From positions 32,001-96,000 of IMG/VR virus record IMGVR_UViG_3300021090_000723: a stretch of 64,000 nt of DNA; one strand, written 5' to 3'. Source of the stretch: a virus. The notes beneath the pieces were generated by a model. It did no database searches, had not been told where the DNA came from, and worked only from the letters and a program-made list of their open reading frames with translations. Numbering within the stretch: the stretch's first letter is position 1; each line of letters begins with the position of its first letter. Of the stretch, positions 62,278 through 64,000 are shown in pieces. The translations under genes and the position numbers were made by a program.

Positions 62278-62531
62278 GCACGAGCACCCGCGGATTCGCG
62301 TCGATGGACCCAGTGAAGCAGCGTGCGATAGCCAGCAAGGGCGGCTCGAGTGTCGACCCGGCAAAGCGATCGTTCTCGCAAAGCAACGATCTCGCGAAGG
62401 CCGCCGGGCGGAAGGGCGGGGAGAACGTAGCGCCCGAGAGCCGGTCGTTCTCACAGGACCGGACGCTTGCCGCCAATGCCGGCCGCAAGGGCGGGCTCGC
62501 ACGTGGCCGTCAGATCAAGGGCGAGCCATAG
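62274..62531 (+). CDS. KGG-repeat stress-induced protein (YciG/GsiB/Con-10-like)
   Basis: RGFASMDP.KQR.IASKGG; RSFSQ...LA..AGRKGG twice. Confidence 0.88.
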   Translation: MSTSTRGFASMDPVKQRAIASKGGSSVDPAKRSFSQSNDLAKAAGRKGGENVAPESRSFSQDRTLAANAGRKGGLARGRQIKGEP

Positions 62532-62775
62532 GGGCCAACTCGGCGAGGATTTCCTGGGCCGAGCGCCCCTGCTTGAGCATGGCCCCGATCTTCGGCCCGA
62601 AGTTAACGTCCTTCTCGATCAGCGCGCGCAGCTGGCGCGCGGCGGTCGCCTCGCGGATCTCTTCGTTGATCTCGGTCCCTGATCTGGGCGCGATGAACGG
62701 CGCGCCAGCTGCCTTCGCCTGCTCATAGCCGAAGCCCATCCGGCCAGCGGCCGGTCCGTCTGCGTGTTTTGGCAT
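62515..62775 (-). CDS. Hypothetical protein (start MPKHAD)
   Basis: GAGGG RBS; GC3-rich. Confidence 0.6.
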   Translation of the reverse strand: MPKHADGPAAGRMGFGYEQAKAAGAPFIAPRSGTEINEEIREATAARQLRALIEKDVNFGPKIGAMLKQGRSAQEILAELAPMARP

Positions 62776-62866
62776 TGCCCTACCCTCGATTGACGCGACG
62801 GGTGACCCGCTGCCGGCTCTTCCCACCAGCTGCCCACGTGGCCGGGCCACCCGCGCTCAGATCATG

Positions 62867-63181
62867 TCAGTCGAACGTCACGCGATCAACGGTCTTTCCG
62901 GCCGCGTTCTCGACGTAGGCCGCGTAGTAGAAATCGACCTCTTTCGCGAAGCCTTCTGGCTTCGGCCTGTTGCGGTTGGCGATGTAGTAGGCGGAGTAAG
63001 CGTTCGGGCCGCCCGGCGGATGGGTGATGGCGACCTCCATGAGTTCTTGTGACCGGAGGGTGTGGACCGCGACCTCAGTCGCCTCAACAATAAATGTGGA
63101 GAAGCGCTTCAAAGTCGTCGGGCCGCCCGGGGCATCGGGAACATCTTCTACGCGCTCAAGCATAATCTTCACTGTCAACAT
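62867..63181 (-). CDS. Hypothetical protein (start MLTVKI)
   Basis: AGGAG RBS; AYVEN..GKTV motif. Confidence 0.7.
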   Translation of the reverse strand: MLTVKIMLERVEDVPDAPGGPTTLKRFSTFIVEATEVAVHTLRSQELMEVAITHPPGGPNAYSAYYIANRNRPKPEGFAKEVDFYYAAYVENAAGKTVDRVTFD

Positions 63182-63191
63182 GGTGCTGCTC

Positions 63192-63227
63192 CTGTTTCTG
63201 TTTCTGCTGCTTCTGCTGCTTCTGCTG
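63192..63227. repeat. Short tandem repeat (CAGCAGAAG)x3 plus CAGAAA on - strand
   Basis: Lies between tRNA 3' end and RBS of the next gene. Confidence 0.7.
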
Positions 63228-63231
63228 TGGT

Positions 63232-63308
63232 TGGTTGCGCAGGAGGGATTTGAACCCCCGACCTTCAGCTTATGAGGCTGACGAGCTACCGGGCTGCTCC
63301 ACCGCGCC
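63232..63308 (-). tRNA. trnM: tRNA-Met(CAU), initiator-like
   Basis: fMet-type D-arm TGGAGCAGCCCGGTAGCTCG; TTCAAAT T-loop; 1:72 mismatch; TCAGC-CT CAT AA-GCTGA; CCA end. Confidence 0.9.
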
Positions 63309-63311
63309 ACC

Positions 63312-63453
63312 AGTCCCGCCACCCGCCCGACCCTTTCGGGTCGGGCTTCGTGGCGACTCGCGACCAAGAAGGTCTGTCCGTCCTACGCCAGGTCCCGGAG
63401 GAGCACTGATCCGGATAGCCTCGCCCACTGATTCGCGAACCCGGATTATGCCA
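63312..63453 (-). ncRNA. Structured leader or possible ncRNA upstream of tRNA-fMet, with extended -10
   Basis: TGgCATAAT at 63453-63445; long hairpin 63312-63358 capped by GAAA; second CCGGA/TCCGG stem. Confidence 0.4.
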
Positions 63454-63688
63454 CGCTTGGTGACGATGGGGTGGCGTCGTTGTGCTTCTTGCCCTTGTAG
63501 GCGGAGTTCGAGCGAATCCATTTGTGGAAGTGCGAGCCGATCGACTTCGCCTTCTTCAGTTCCTCGTACACCTGGACCGGGACGGGCGTGTATTCCCAGA
63601 CCTCGCCGGACTGGAACTGGACGTAGAGCGTCTTGTCCTCGTGGGCCAGCGCCTTGATGTTCGTGGATTGGACTGGCTCGAGCTTCAT
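63446..63688 (-). CDS. KTSC domain protein
   Basis: PVQSTNI.......TL.V.F.SG....Y..VP..VY..L..A.SIG..F...IR. Confidence 0.9.
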   Translation of the reverse strand: MKLEPVQSTNIKALAHEDKTLYVQFQSGEVWEYTPVPVQVYEELKKAKSIGSHFHKWIRSNSAYKGKKHNDATPSSPSVA

Positions 63689-63909
63689 TGGCGCGGCGTT
63701 CCGTCTGGTTGGCGCGTGATGGCGACGTTCGCCCACATCGCGTTCGAGCGGTGGGCCCGCATGATGAAGGTCTTGTCGGGACCGTCGGGCAGTTCGGCAT
63801 CGAGCACGTCGGCGTAGACCTTGGCCGCGGCTCGGACCTTGGCCATGCGCTCGACCTGTTCATCCGTTGGCTTCAGATACTCGAACGTCGATGGGTGCAG
63901 AACCGTCAT
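63685..63909 (-). CDS. Acb2/Tad1-like helical-hairpin protein (putative immune-signal sponge)
   Basis: AGGAG RBS; F.Y..P...Q......R......A......P....K.......MWAN.AI.R. Confidence 0.6.
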   Translation of the reverse strand: MTVLHPSTFEYLKPTDEQVERMAKVRAAAKVYADVLDAELPDGPDKTFIMRAHRSNAMWANVAITRQPDGTPRQ

Positions 63910-63998
63910 GCCCGTCTCCTTGTGGTTAGGCCGCGCTCCGCGATATCGCAGAGCCGTTCGACCGCAGCGAATTCGATGGTCAGGCTGTTGGCGAGCGG
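63906..63998 (-). CDS. 3' end of an ORF entering from outside the window
   Basis: Open frame PLANSLTIEFAAVERLCDIAERGLTTRRRA ending in an ATGA overlap. Confidence 0.45.
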   Translation of the reverse strand, partial: PLANSLTIEFAAVERLCDIAERGLTTRRRA

Positions 63999-64000
63999 GC

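Noticed and set aside
1-64000. CRISPR array, rRNA, tmRNA, IS/transposase, integrase, terminase, portal, alternative genetic code
   Set aside because: No supporting motifs or repeat-spacer structure seen; TAG, TGA and TAA all act as normal stops in coupled genes

Overview
This window is 64 kb of a GC-rich tailed-phage genome, podovirus-like in gene order. The host is most likely an alphaproteobacterium, based on a tRNA-His lacking G-1 with U72/A73, a GapR-like gene and a TIGR02594-type endolysin. No terminase, portal, integrase or DNA polymerase lies inside the window. Positions 633-13870 (+) hold early and recombination genes: a 5'-3' exonuclease, RecT-like, DUF1367-like, HNH, a Prs-like + Nampt-like pair (NARP1-type NAD+ rebuilding) and a HerA-like ATPase. 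Positions 13860-61806 (-) hold the late genes: GroES-like, scaffold, major capsid, head-tail, tail fibres, ejection proteins, a 5766-aa polyvalent DarB-like protein and a lysis cassette. The late region is interrupted by a 28-tRNA array covering all 20 amino acids; an initiator-like tRNA lies at 63.2 kb. Main discovery: the tRNA array is split into four promoter-led blocks, and each block carries a 13-25 aa mini-ORF that lists the amino acids of that block's tRNAs. These ORFs are punctuated by rare CGA codons and end in a stop-codon hairpin, suggesting a ribosome-based sensor of host tRNA depletion. Other highlights are two overprinted +1-frame genes and a perfect chromosomal parS site inside the giant gene, a five-copy promoter + hairpin leader element, an 8/4-fold tRNA-Ser and a tail gene split in three. 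Family assignments come from motif recognition by eye, not database searches.
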